A model generated the notes under the pieces. That model had not been told where the DNA came from. It did no database searches and saw only the letters and a program-made list of their open reading frames with translations. 64,000 nucleotides of DNA from an uncultured Gemmatimonadales bacterium (lineage in GTDB: Bacteria > Gemmatimonadota > Gemmatimonadetes > Gemmatimonadales > GWC2-71-9): NCBI GenBank assembly GCA_963826065.1, contig CAWGVP010000006.1, forward strand, positions 128,336-192,335, in the 5' to 3' direction. Positions 9,616 through 18,963 of the stretch are shown piece by piece. The stretch's first letter is position 1. Every line of letters begins with the position of its first letter. A program made the position numbers and the translations under genes.

Positions 9616-11082
9616 CTACTCCTCCCCCTCCTCCACCGCCCAACTCCCCCCCAGCGCCCGGTACAACCCCACCACCGAGCTCAGCTCCAGCAGCTGGGTC
9701 TGGCTCAGTCCCAGCTCCGCCGAGAAGAGCTGCCGCTGCGCGTCGAGCACCTCGAAGTAGCTGGCCACGCCACCGCGATAGCGAATGTCCGCCAGCTCGG
9801 CGGCCTTGCGCAGGGCAACCACCTGGCTCTGCTGCGCCACCCGCTGGTCGCGCGAGGTGCGGACGGCGACGAGCGCGTCGCTCGCCTCGCGGAATGCCTC
9901 CAGCACCGTCTGCTCGAACTGGAGCCGGGCCTGCTCGGCGCGGGCGCCGGCGGCCCGGGCCTCGTTCGCCAGCCGGCCGCCGGTGAACAGCGGGATCGAG
10001 ATTCCCGCCTGGAGCTGATACACCTCGGTGTTGCCGGTGAAGAGATCGTCGGCCGTGGACGACTGGCTGCCGTAGTTGCCGGTGATGCTGATCCGGGGAA
10101 GCCGCGAGGCCTGGGCCACGCCCACGCGAGCCACCGAAGCCGCGAAGGCCCGCTCCGCCTCGCGCACGTCCGGCCGGCGGCTCAGCAGGGCGGCCGGCAG
10201 GGAGTCGGGGACCCGCACCGACTCGACCGCGTCCGCCAGGCCGGCGGTGGCGGGAATGTCGAAGGGGAGCCGGCCCACCAGTGTGGCGAGCTCGTGCTCG
10301 CGCTGGGACCGGAGCCGCCGGGCCTGTGCGAGCGCGGCGGCCGGCACGGCGACCTCGCTCTCGAACTGATGCACGTCGAGCTCCGAGATGACGCCGCTCT
10401 CGAACCGGCTGCGCGCCAGCTCGAGGGTGGCGCGTCGGGAGGCCAGCGTCCGCTCGGCGATCGCCTCTTCCTGCCCCAGCTCCAGCAGACTGAGGTACGC
10501 GGTGGACACGTCGCTCACCAGGGTGAGGAGCGTGGCCCGGTAGGCGGCCTCCTGGCCCTCGAGGTCGGCGCGCGAGGCCTGGACACCGCGCCGGATCCTG
10601 CCCCAGAAGTCGAGCTCCCACGCCACATCCGCGGTGACCCGGAGCGCGTCGAATGCCACCGGCTCGAAGGCGCCGAGCGCGATCTGGTTGGTGCTCGCCG
10701 AGCCGTTGGCCGAGAGCTCGGGGAACAGCTCCGAGCGCGTCACGCCGACCTGGGCCCGAAACTCTCGAATCCGGGCTACCGCGGTCTGCACGTCCCGGTT
10801 TTCCCGAACCGCGAGCCCGACCAGCCGGACCAGGGTCGTGTCCTTGAGGACCGCGAGCCAGGCGAGGTCGGCGGAATCGGCCTGTAGCGCGAGCGGCCGG
10901 GTGGCCGGCGCGGAGTCGGCCGCCGCGAGCGAATCGTAAAACGTGCGGGTCGAGTCGGGCCGGGGCGAGAGTCCCACGGTCGCGTCCTCGGGCGCCACCA
11001 CCGGCTCCCGGTACGAGGGGCCGACGGCGCACCCGCCGGCGGTCAGGCCAAGGAACACCGTGATCAGCGCCGCGCGGCTCAT
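9616..11082 (-). CDS. Efflux outer-membrane factor lipoprotein (NodT/OprM family)
   Basis: The ATG at 11082 overlaps the RND stop (ATGA). Lipobox 'LTAGGC'. Two OEP repeats with long coiled segments. Confidence 0.85.
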   Translation of the reverse strand: MSRAALITVFLGLTAGGCAVGPSYREPVVAPEDATVGLSPRPDSTRTFYDSLAAADSAPATRPLALQADSADLAWLAVLKDTTLVRLVGLAVRENRDVQTAVARIREFRAQVGVTRSELFPELSANGSASTNQIALGAFEPVAFDALRVTADVAWELDFWGRIRRGVQASRADLEGQEAAYRATLLTLVSDVSTAYLSLLELGQEEAIAERTLASRRATLELARSRFESGVISELDVHQFESEVAVPAAALAQARRLRSQREHELATLVGRLPFDIPATAGLADAVESVRVPDSLPAALLSRRPDVREAERAFAASVARVGVAQASRLPRISITGNYGSQSSTADDLFTGNTEVYQLQAGISIPLFTGGRLANEARAAGARAEQARLQFEQTVLEAFREASDALVAVRTSRDQRVAQQSQVVALRKAAELADIRYRGGVASYFEVLDAQRQLFSAELGLSQTQLLELSSVVGLYRALGGSWAVEEGEE

Positions 11083-14000
11083 GCGCCCTCCTCGGCCGGC
11101 TCCGGAGCACGGGCACCGGCGCGACTGGCCCACCGCTCGCTCAGCCCGCGGATCACCGCGAAGAAGAGCGGGATGAAGAAGATGCCGACCGTGGTGGCCG
11201 TGAGCATGCCGGCGAACACACCGGTGCCGAGCGAGTGCCGGCTGGCGGCGCCGGCGCCGCCGGCGAACATGAGGGGCGCCACACCGAAGATGAAGGCGAA
11301 CGACGTCATGAGGATCGGCCGGAAACGCTCTCGCGCCGCCTGCATGGCCGCCTCACGCACGCTCAACCCCCGGCTGCGCAGGTCGTTGGCGAACTCCACG
11401 ATCAGGATCGCGTTCTTGGCCGCGAGACCGACCACCGCGATCAGTCCCACCTGGAAATAGATGTCGCTGGGAATCCCCCGCAGCCAGACACCGAGGAAGG
11501 CACCCAGCACGCCGAACGGAATCCCCAGAATCACCGCGAAGGGGATCGACCAGCTCTCGTACTGCGCGGCCAGTACCAGGAACACCAGCACCAGCCCCAG
11601 CGCGAACACCAGGCCGGCCTCGCCGCTCGAGGCCCGCTCCTGGTACGACTGGCCGCTGTAGGCGAAGCCCACGCCCTGGGCGTCGTACTTGCCCGTCAGC
11701 AGCTCCTCGACCGCGTCGAGCTGTTGGCCGGAGCTCACGCCGGGCGGCGCGGTGGAGGTCACCAGCGCCGAGGGGAAGCCGTTGAACCGGCTGAGCACGC
11801 TGGGGGCGCCGCGGAACTCGGCGCGAGTGAGGGCGGAGAGCGGGATCATCTCGTCGCTCTCCGAGCGGACGTACAGCCGCCCGATGTCTTCCGGCGTCTG
11901 CCGGAAGCGCGACTGCGCCTCGGCCTGCACCCGGTAGGTCCGCCCGTAGAGGTTGAAGTCGTTGATGTAGAGCGACGAGAGCATCGCCTGGAGAGTGGCG
12001 AAGAGATCGTCCAGCTCGACGCCGCGGGACTTGGCGGTCTCCCGGTCCACGTGCACGAACACCTGCGGAACGTTGGCCCGGAACGTCGTCGCGGCGCCCG
12101 GGGTCTCGGGGAGCTTGTTCATGTCGGCCAGCACCGCCTCGACCTGGCGGGCGAAGACCGGCACGTCCTGCCCCCGCCGCGCCTGGAGGTTGAGCTCCAG
12201 GCCCGCCGTGGTGCCGAGCCCCGGGATCTCGGGGAAGTTGAACCCGAAGGCGAGCGCGTCCCTCATCCCGAACAGCTGGCCGTTCACCCGTCCGAGGATG
12301 GCGTCCACGCTGTTGTCGGAGTCGCGCTCGTCCCAGTCCTTCAGCAGGACGAACATGGTCGCGCCGTTCGACTGGTTGGCCTGGGCCAGCAGGTTGAATC
12401 CGACCAGCGCCGCGAACTGCCGCACGGCCGGCTCCTTCCGCAGCATGCCCTCGACCCGCTCCACCACCGCGTCGGTGCGCTGCCGCGAGGCGCCGTCGGG
12501 GAGCTGGATGGCGATCACGAAAAATCCCTTGTCCTCGGTCGGGATGAACGCGGCGGGCACCCGCTTGTAGAGCACGAACGCCAGCGCCAGAATCACGGCG
12601 AACGCCGCGAGCCACGCGCGCGGGCGGCCCAGCACCGCACCGACGCGGCTCACGTACCCGCCGGTGGTGCGATCGAACCAGTCGTTGAACCGGCGGAAGA
12701 ACCGGTTGTGGGTGTCGTGCGGCGTATCCTTGAGGAGCATGGCGCAGAGCGCGGGCGTCAAGGTCAGCGCCACGATGCCCGAGAGCACCACGGCGATCAC
12801 CAGCGTCACCGCGAACTGGCGGAGCATGGTGCCGGTGATGCCCCCGAGAAATGCGACCGGGATGAACACCGAGCAGAGGACCAGCACGATGGCGACGAGG
12901 GCGCCGCCGACCTGGCCCATCGCCTTGTCGGCCGCCACCCTGGCCGAGACCTTTTCCTCGTCCATGATGCGCTCGACGTTCTCGATCACGACGATGGCGT
13001 CGTCCACCACGATGCCGATCGCCAGCACCAGGGCGAACAGCGTGAGCAGGTTCACCGAGTAGCCCAGGGCCGAGAGGCCGAGGAAGGTCCCGATGACGCT
13101 GACCGGCACGGCCAGGATCGGGATCAGCGTGGCCCGCCAGCTCTGGAGGAACAGGAACACCACCAGCGTCACCAGGGCCATGGCTTCCAGCAGCGTGATC
13201 ACCACCTCCTCGATCGAGGCGGTCACGAACGGCGTGGTGTCGAACGGGATGGTCCAGAACACCCCGGAGGGGAACGCCTTGGCCAGCTCGTCCATCCGGG
13301 CGGTGAACGCCTCCTTCACCTCGAGCTGGTTCGCGCCGGGACGGAGATAGAGCAGGATGTTCGCAGTGGGCCGCCCGTTCATCCGGCCGACGAGGTCGAG
13401 GTTCTGCGAGGTGAGCTCCACCTCGCCGATGTCGCCCACCCGCACGAACGAGCCGTCTTCCCGCGCCCGCACGATCACGTCGGCGAACTGGTCCGCGGTC
13501 TTGAGCCGGCCCAGCGTCGTCACCGGCAGCGTGAGCTGGGTGCCCGCCGGCGCGGGCTCGCGGCCCAGGGTGCCCGCCGGATTGGTGGCGTTCTGCTCCT
13601 GTACCGCGTCGCGCACGTCGCCCACGGTGATGCCGAGCTGCGCCATCCGGTCGGGGTCGAGGCGGATGGTCATGGCGAAATCGAGACCGCCGAAGACGGT
13701 CGCGTCGCCCACGCCGTTGAGCCGCTTGAGCTCGTCCACCACGTAGAGCTTGGCGTAGTTGGCGAGGTAGGTGGCGTCGTAGCGGGGGTCGTTGCTGGTG
13801 ACCGCGGCCACCAGGAGGATGTCGGTCTGCGCCTTCCGGATCACCACGCCCTGCCGGCGCACCTCCTCGGGAAGCTGCGGCTCGGCCACCTTGATCGCGT
13901 TCTGCACGTCCACCGCAGCGATGTCCTGGTCCCGGCCGATGTCGAAGAACACCTGGAGGTTCATCACTCCGCTGCTGGAGTTGGACGAGCGATAGTAGAG

Positions 14001-14261
14001 CAGGCCGTCGAGACCGGAGAGCTGCTGCTCGATCGGCGCGGCCACCGCCTGGGCCACGTCTTCCGCGGTCGCGCCGGGGTAGGTGGCGGTCACCTGGACC
14101 GAGGGCGGCGTGATCTGCGGGTAGCGCGCCACCGGCATCCCGAGCAGCGCGAAGGTGCCGAGCAGCACGATCACGATGGAGATCACGGCGGCCAGCACCG
14201 GCCGCCGGACGAAGAAATAGGCCTGCCGTCCGTTGCCGTTCTGGTTCGGGGTCACGCTCAC
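11079..14261 (-). CDS. RND multidrug efflux permease (AcrB/MexB family, HAE1)
   Basis: About 1060 aa. The N-terminus '...AYFFVRRPVLAAVISIVIVLLG' and the 'AIGIVVDDAIVVIEN' motif are typical. The proposed GTG start at 14261 overlaps the MFP stop (GTGA). Confidence 0.93.
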   Translation of the reverse strand: MSVTPNQNGNGRQAYFFVRRPVLAAVISIVIVLLGTFALLGMPVARYPQITPPSVQVTATYPGATAEDVAQAVAAPIEQQLSGLDGLLYYRSSNSSSGVMNLQVFFDIGRDQDIAAVDVQNAIKVAEPQLPEEVRRQGVVIRKAQTDILLVAAVTSNDPRYDATYLANYAKLYVVDELKRLNGVGDATVFGGLDFAMTIRLDPDRMAQLGITVGDVRDAVQEQNATNPAGTLGREPAPAGTQLTLPVTTLGRLKTADQFADVIVRAREDGSFVRVGDIGEVELTSQNLDLVGRMNGRPTANILLYLRPGANQLEVKEAFTARMDELAKAFPSGVFWTIPFDTTPFVTASIEEVVITLLEAMALVTLVVFLFLQSWRATLIPILAVPVSVIGTFLGLSALGYSVNLLTLFALVLAIGIVVDDAIVVIENVERIMDEEKVSARVAADKAMGQVGGALVAIVLVLCSVFIPVAFLGGITGTMLRQFAVTLVIAVVLSGIVALTLTPALCAMLLKDTPHDTHNRFFRRFNDWFDRTTGGYVSRVGAVLGRPRAWLAAFAVILALAFVLYKRVPAAFIPTEDKGFFVIAIQLPDGASRQRTDAVVERVEGMLRKEPAVRQFAALVGFNLLAQANQSNGATMFVLLKDWDERDSDNSVDAILGRVNGQLFGMRDALAFGFNFPEIPGLGTTAGLELNLQARRGQDVPVFARQVEAVLADMNKLPETPGAATTFRANVPQVFVHVDRETAKSRGVELDDLFATLQAMLSSLYINDFNLYGRTYRVQAEAQSRFRQTPEDIGRLYVRSESDEMIPLSALTRAEFRGAPSVLSRFNGFPSALVTSTAPPGVSSGQQLDAVEELLTGKYDAQGVGFAYSGQSYQERASSGEAGLVFALGLVLVFLVLAAQYESWSIPFAVILGIPFGVLGAFLGVWLRGIPSDIYFQVGLIAVVGLAAKNAILIVEFANDLRSRGLSVREAAMQAARERFRPILMTSFAFIFGVAPLMFAGGAGAASRHSLGTGVFAGMLTATTVGIFFIPLFFAVIRGLSERWASRAGARAPEPAEEGA

Positions 14262-15400
14262 TGACTGCCTCCTCGGGCGGTGTCGGCCACCGCGCTGTCC
14301 GTCACCGCACTGTCCGTCGTGACGGCACTGTCGGGCAGCGCCACCGGACGCACCGGCTGTCCGGGCACCGCCTTCTGTACGCCTTCCAACACCACACGCT
14401 CGCCCGGCTTCAGTCCGCCCTCGACGATCCACCAGTCACCGCTCCAGGTGCCCGTCTCGATGTCTCTGGCCGCGACCGTATCGCCCTTGCCCACGACCAG
14501 CACAAACTGCTGGTCGAGCGACTGCTGGACCGCGCGCCGCGGCACCGCCAGGGCGCTGTCGCGCTCGAAGCCCTGGAGTCGCACCCGCACGAACTGCCCC
14601 GGCACCAGCGCGCGGTCGTCGTTGTCGAAGGAGGCCCGCAGCTCCTGGGTTCCGGTCGCGGGATCGACCGACGGGCTCACGTAGTCGAGCTTACCTTTGC
14701 GAGGCAGCTCGGAGCCGTCGGGCAGAACCACGCGGACCACGAGCGGGCTGCCCGGCTGGATCAATTGCCGGCTCCGCGGATTCTGCGCCCACTGCTGCTG
14801 GTCCTGGCTGGATGGGTGGAAGCTCACGTACACCGGATCGAGCTGCTCGATGGTCGTCAGCAGGTCGGAGGACCCGGTGACGCGGGCGCCGACCTCCAGC
14901 TGGGTGCGGCCGATCCGCCCGCTGATCTCCGCCCGGACCACCGCGTCCGCCCGGACCTTCCGGGCGTCGTCGTAGGCCGCTTCGGCCGATTCCACTTCCG
15001 TCCGCGCGTTGTCCACGTCCTGCTGCGCCACGGCGTTGCGCTCCAGGAGCGGCTCCAGCCGTGCCAGCGTCCGCTTCGCGTTCGCCAGGCGGGCGGCGGC
15101 GCTGCGATAGGCCGCGTCGTAGCGTACGCGCTCCAGCCGGTAGAGTACCTGGCCCGCCTTCACCACCGATCCCTCGGTGAAGGGACGCGCCTCGATCACG
15201 CCTTCCACGCGCGCGCGGACGTCCACCCGCTTGATCGGCTGGACCTCGCCCACGAACTCGTAGCTCAAGGGGAGCGTCCGCGGCTCGACGGTCATCACGC
15301 CGACTTCGGCCGGTGGCGGTGTAGTCGGAGTCGCGTCGCTCTGGCTGCACGCGGCGGCGGCGACCGCCAGCAGCGCCAGGGAAAGTCTCTGGGGGATCAC
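14258..15400 (-). CDS. RND efflux periplasmic adaptor (membrane fusion protein), lipoprotein
   Basis: GTG at 15400 is preceded by AAGGAG 7 nt upstream and overlaps the TetR stop (GTGA). Lipobox 'AAAACS'. HlyD/AcrA-like coiled-coil and beta-barrel regions. Confidence 0.9.
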   Translation of the reverse strand: MIPQRLSLALLAVAAAACSQSDATPTTPPPAEVGVMTVEPRTLPLSYEFVGEVQPIKRVDVRARVEGVIEARPFTEGSVVKAGQVLYRLERVRYDAAYRSAAARLANAKRTLARLEPLLERNAVAQQDVDNARTEVESAEAAYDDARKVRADAVVRAEISGRIGRTQLEVGARVTGSSDLLTTIEQLDPVYVSFHPSSQDQQQWAQNPRSRQLIQPGSPLVVRVVLPDGSELPRKGKLDYVSPSVDPATGTQELRASFDNDDRALVPGQFVRVRLQGFERDSALAVPRRAVQQSLDQQFVLVVGKGDTVAARDIETGTWSGDWWIVEGGLKPGERVVLEGVQKAVPGQPVRPVALPDSAVTTDSAVTDSAVADTARGGSQ

Positions 15401-16062
15401 TGGGATTCTCCTTGCGCGGCGAGCACGCCATGGTCGAGAAATGCGACGAGCGCGGTCCAGAGCTCCTCCGGTGTGGAGGGGTGGGCCTCGGTGCCGCCGA
15501 GACAGCGGGCGGCCTCGGCGACGCCCATGACCGTGGCGCCGATGACACGGGCCACATGCGGCCCTGAAACGCGGAACTCGCCCTGCTGTCGCCCGGCATC
15601 CAGTACACCTTCGATCAGCCGGCGCCAGCGCGCCCCGAGCTCCATGAGCGTCCGGGCACATTCGGGCAACTCACTTCGCTTGGTCTTCACCGCCAGGGCG
15701 AGCTCGATGCTGCCCGGCTCCCAGAGATGATCCCAGAACCGGCGGACGAGCTGGTGCAGCAGGTCCCGATAAGAGCCCCGGTGGGAGGCCAGCAACGCCT
15801 CCTCCGCCGCTACGAAGCTCGCGAAGCGGTCCTGGGTGACCGCGGTGAAGAGCTCGGCCTTGCTCCCGAAGTAGTGCACCACCAGCGCCGGACTCACGCC
15901 GGCACGCTCGCCGACGTCCGCGATGGTGGTGCGCTCGTAGCCGGCCTCGGCGAACACCTCGAAGGCGGCCGTGAGGATCTCGGCGGGGCGCGATTCCGGG
16001 CGGCGATTCCAGCGACGACGTTCTTCGGGGATACCGGGTATCTGGGGAGGCGGTTTGGCCAA
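15397..16062 (-). CDS. TetR/AcrR-family transcriptional regulator, first gene of the efflux operon
   Basis: The N-terminal HTH 'ILTAAFEVFAEAGYERTTIADVGERAGVSPALVVHYFGSKAELF' is a classic TetR_N domain. TTG start. Confidence 0.85.
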   Translation of the reverse strand: MAKPPPQIPGIPEERRRWNRRPESRPAEILTAAFEVFAEAGYERTTIADVGERAGVSPALVVHYFGSKAELFTAVTQDRFASFVAAEEALLASHRGSYRDLLHQLVRRFWDHLWEPGSIELALAVKTKRSELPECARTLMELGARWRRLIEGVLDAGRQQGEFRVSGPHVARVIGATVMGVAEAARCLGGTEAHPSTPEELWTALVAFLDHGVLAAQGESQ

Positions 16063-16210
16063 GCGTGTGTGTCCCTAAAGAGTATTTGTACCGCCCTTCA
16101 ACAAGTCGCTCAATGTAATGGATTGCTCCTAGGCCGCAACCGACGAAGAGGCTATTAAACCCGAAGTTACTTATTTGTGGTCGTTTGCCGGGAGGAGAGG
16201 ACCGGGGGCT

Positions 16211-16576
16211 TCAGCGCCGGACGGCGAGAATCAGGCAGACCCAGCCCGCCAGGAACGCCGCTCCGCCGAGCGGGGTGACGGCGCCGAGCGCGCGGATACC
16301 GGAGATTGCGAGGGTGTAGAGGCTGCCGGAGAAGAGCACGGTCCCCGCCACGAAGAGCCAGCCGGCCCGCACCGCCCAGGGACCGGGCCAGCGGGTGGCG
16401 GCCCATGCCACGGCGAGGAGACCGAGCGCGTGGTACATCTGGTAGCGCGCGCCGGTTTCGAACACCGCGAGCATCTCGGACGAGAGCCGGGCCCTGAGCG
16501 CGTGCGCGCCGAACGCGCCGGCCGCCACGGCGATCAGCGCGGACGCCGCGCCCAGCGAGAAGAACAGGCGTTCCAT
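16211..16576 (-). CDS. DUF423 (YgdD/TMEM256-like) small membrane protein
   Basis: The internal ATG at 16576 gives MERLFFSLGAASALIAVAAGAFGAH.... 121 aa with 4 TM helices and a 'GAFGAH...YQMYHAL' pattern. Confidence 0.7.
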   Translation of the reverse strand: MERLFFSLGAASALIAVAAGAFGAHALRARLSSEMLAVFETGARYQMYHALGLLAVAWAATRWPGPWAVRAGWLFVAGTVLFSGSLYTLAISGIRALGAVTPLGGAAFLAGWVCLILAVRR

Positions 16577-16578
16577 CG

Positions 16579-17286
16579 CTACCGCGCCTGGCGAGCCGAC
16601 AGTCCGGCCGCCGCGAGCTCGGCCGGGGTGGCTCTCCTGTCCACCCAGGCGGCGAACGCGGCCAGCAGGAGCAGGCCCACGATGTCGGTCACCGCGATCG
16701 CCGTGACACTCGGCGGCGGCGGTCCGAAGAAGTTCACCAGATAGATCGCGACGAGGATCCCCACCAGACTCGCCAGGCGTCCCGGCCGCGCCGGATGGCG
16801 GCGCGAGCGGAAGGCGACGTAGACCGCGACGCCGGCGGCGAGCGTGGCCAGCTCGAGCAGGAGCGTCGCCGTGGGGTTGTTCCACAGACCCAAGCCGACC
16901 TTGCGAGAGCCCTCCCCGCCAAATGGGAGGTCGGGTACGTGCACCGGCAGGTCGAGCGCGAAGTGCGAGAGAATGGCGAGGCCCACCAGCGCGGCCGCCT
17001 GCCAGTGGCGGCTGGTGTCGCGCGTCGGCCAGGAGTAGTAGATCGCCGCGCCCAGCGCCGCCCACAGCGCCATGCCCAGGAGACTGTGGGAGATCGGATA
17101 CTCGAGGAACTGCAGCGGGGTCACCGCGGTATATCCCGGATCGATCCTGACCCGCTCCCAGCCCACCAGCAGGAACACACCCCACAGCAGGTCGGCCAGC
17201 TGCACGGCGACGAACAGGGTGCCGAGCGACAGCTTGGGTTCCGCGCGCTTGAGCGCGAACGCGACGCCATAGTGTCCGAGAAACAT
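16579..17286 (-). CDS. Polytopic membrane protein, possibly a YdjM-like membrane-bound metal-dependent hydrolase
   Basis: The ATG at 17286 gives MFLGHYGVAFALK.... 235 aa with multiple TM helices and 'YPISHSLL' and 'SHFALD' His motifs. The family assignment is from memory only. Confidence 0.5.
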   Translation of the reverse strand: MFLGHYGVAFALKRAEPKLSLGTLFVAVQLADLLWGVFLLVGWERVRIDPGYTAVTPLQFLEYPISHSLLGMALWAALGAAIYYSWPTRDTSRHWQAAALVGLAILSHFALDLPVHVPDLPFGGEGSRKVGLGLWNNPTATLLLELATLAAGVAVYVAFRSRRHPARPGRLASLVGILVAIYLVNFFGPPPPSVTAIAVTDIVGLLLLAAFAAWVDRRATPAELAAAGLSARQAR

Positions 17287-17296
17287 GATGGTCTCC

Positions 17297-18106
17297 TCAG
17301 CCTCGTTCGCCGGCGAGCCACGCTCCGCCATCCACCACGAAGATCGATCCGGTGATCCAGTCGCCCGCGGGGCTCGCCAGGAAGGTGACGAGGTGGCCCA
17401 CATCCTCCGGCTTGCCCCACCGGCCCAGCGGGATCGCCCGGGCGGCGTACTGGTCCATCGCGGGCACGTTCGGCGCGCCGCCCGGCGGGGTGAACGCCTG
17501 CTTCACGCCCTCGGTCGGGATCGGTCCCGGCGCTATGGCGTTCACGGTGATACCATCGGCCGCCCACTCCAGGGCCAGCGTCCGGGTGAGGGCGTCCACA
17601 CCGGCCTTGGCCGCCGTCGCGTGCGCCATGAGCGGCCAGCCGCGGTAGTGCAGCGTCATGGAGATGGAGACGATGCGGCCGCCGCCCTGGCCCTTCATCA
17701 CCGGGTGCACGGCCTGGGAACAGTAGAACGTACCGTAGAGGTCGGTCTCGACCACGGCACGCCAGGCGTTGGGCGACAGGGTCGCCGAAGGAGCGTAGAA
17801 GTTGCCCGCGGCGTTGTTCACCAGGAGATCGATCCGGCCGTGCTCGTCGGCGGCCCGGCGCACCATGGCTCCGACCGCCTCGGGATCACGCACGTTGGTC
17901 TCCACGGTGGTCACCCTGGCGCCGCCCGCGCGCAGCGACTCCGCAGCCGACGCGAGATGCTCCGGCTTCCGGCTGGCGATGGCCACCGTGGCCCCCGCGC
18001 GAGCCAGGCAGGAGGCGATGCCGAGCCCGATGCCGGTGCCGCCGCCGGTGATGAGGGCGACCTTGCCCGCCAGCAGATCGGCCGGGAAGATCCGGGACTC
18101 GGTCAT
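17297..18106 (-). CDS. SDR-family oxidoreductase (2,4-dienoyl-CoA reductase / enoyl reductase-like)
   Basis: Has the 'GKVALITGGGTGIG' cofactor motif and 'NNAAGNF'. The ATG overlaps the upstream hydratase stop (ATGA). Confidence 0.85.
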   Translation of the reverse strand: MTESRIFPADLLAGKVALITGGGTGIGLGIASCLARAGATVAIASRKPEHLASAAESLRAGGARVTTVETNVRDPEAVGAMVRRAADEHGRIDLLVNNAAGNFYAPSATLSPNAWRAVVETDLYGTFYCSQAVHPVMKGQGGGRIVSISMTLHYRGWPLMAHATAAKAGVDALTRTLALEWAADGITVNAIAPGPIPTEGVKQAFTPPGGAPNVPAMDQYAARAIPLGRWGKPEDVGHLVTFLASPAGDWITGSIFVVDGGAWLAGERG

Positions 18107-18867
18107 CGGGAGACGAACGCCTCCAGCCGGCGCTGGAACTCGGGGCCCTGGAGCGCCTGGATCTGGGCGGCACCCTCCGCGCTGAGGGCCTGCTCCAGTC
18201 CGCCGAGCTCGTCGCCCCGAACCAGGCGCTTGATGGTGCGCACGCTGGAGGGCGCCGACGCGGCGATCGCCTTGGCGATGGCGTCGACCGCCGGCTCCAG
18301 CTCGGCCTCGTCGCGTACCTCGTCCACCAGGCCGAGCTCGCGGGCGCGTGGGGCGGCCAGGGACTCGCCGGCGAACAGGAATCGGAGCGCCTGCCCGAGG
18401 CCGAGGAGCCGCGGCAGGGTGTAGGTCGAGCCACCGTCCGGCACCAGGCCCATGCGGGCGAAGGCCGAGGTGAACGTGGCTCCGGTTTCGGCGACCCGCA
18501 TATCGCAGATCAGAGCGAGGTCGAGGCCGAACCCCGCGGTGGTGCCGCGAAGCTCGGCCACGACCGGAAGCGGGCAGCGCGCGATGGCGAGCACCGCCGA
18601 TTGAAAGTCGCTGAGACCTCGTTGCAGCAGGGCGAGCGGAGGGATCGAGCCGAGCGAGCGGAGCCAGTGGAGATCGAGCCCGGCGCAGAAATGGCCACCG
18701 GCCCCGGCCAATACCACGACGCGGGCCGCGCCGCGCTCATCGATCAGGTCGAGCTCCCGGGCGATCTCGGTCGCGAGCTCGGGGGTCAGGGCGTTGCGCC
18801 GCGCCGGCCGGTTGAGGGTCAGGCGGTGGATCGGACCATCTTCACGGGACAGCAACTCTTCGGACAT
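18103..18867 (-). CDS. Enoyl-CoA hydratase/isomerase family protein
   Basis: The internal ATG at 18867 gives MSEELLSREDGPIHRLTLNRPARRNAL.... 'GHFCAGLDL' is the crotonase oxyanion motif. The rest of the 591-aa ORF is an artefact of the high GC content. Confidence 0.85.
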   Translation of the reverse strand: MSEELLSREDGPIHRLTLNRPARRNALTPELATEIARELDLIDERGAARVVVLAGAGGHFCAGLDLHWLRSLGSIPPLALLQRGLSDFQSAVLAIARCPLPVVAELRGTTAGFGLDLALICDMRVAETGATFTSAFARMGLVPDGGSTYTLPRLLGLGQALRFLFAGESLAAPRARELGLVDEVRDEAELEPAVDAIAKAIAASAPSSVRTIKRLVRGDELGGLEQALSAEGAAQIQALQGPEFQRRLEAFVSR

Positions 18868-18963
18868 GACACTCTCGGGTGGGCCGGTCCCTCGGCTTTC
18901 GGGACGGGCGGGGAAGGAGGTATTATACGATCCCCCTGGTAAAGCTCCGAGTCCACATCCACC

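Noticed and set aside
16063-16210. A relatively AT-rich 148-nt region upstream of the TetR efflux operon and downstream of the DUF423 gene. I examined it for a TetR operator palindrome, small RNA, tRNA or terminator.
   Set aside because: I found only 4-bp inverted matches (CAAT..ATTG, TTGT..ACAA, CCGG..CCGG). There is no tRNA-like cloverleaf and no convincing stem-loop. It probably holds the promoter and operator, but that cannot be specified by eye.
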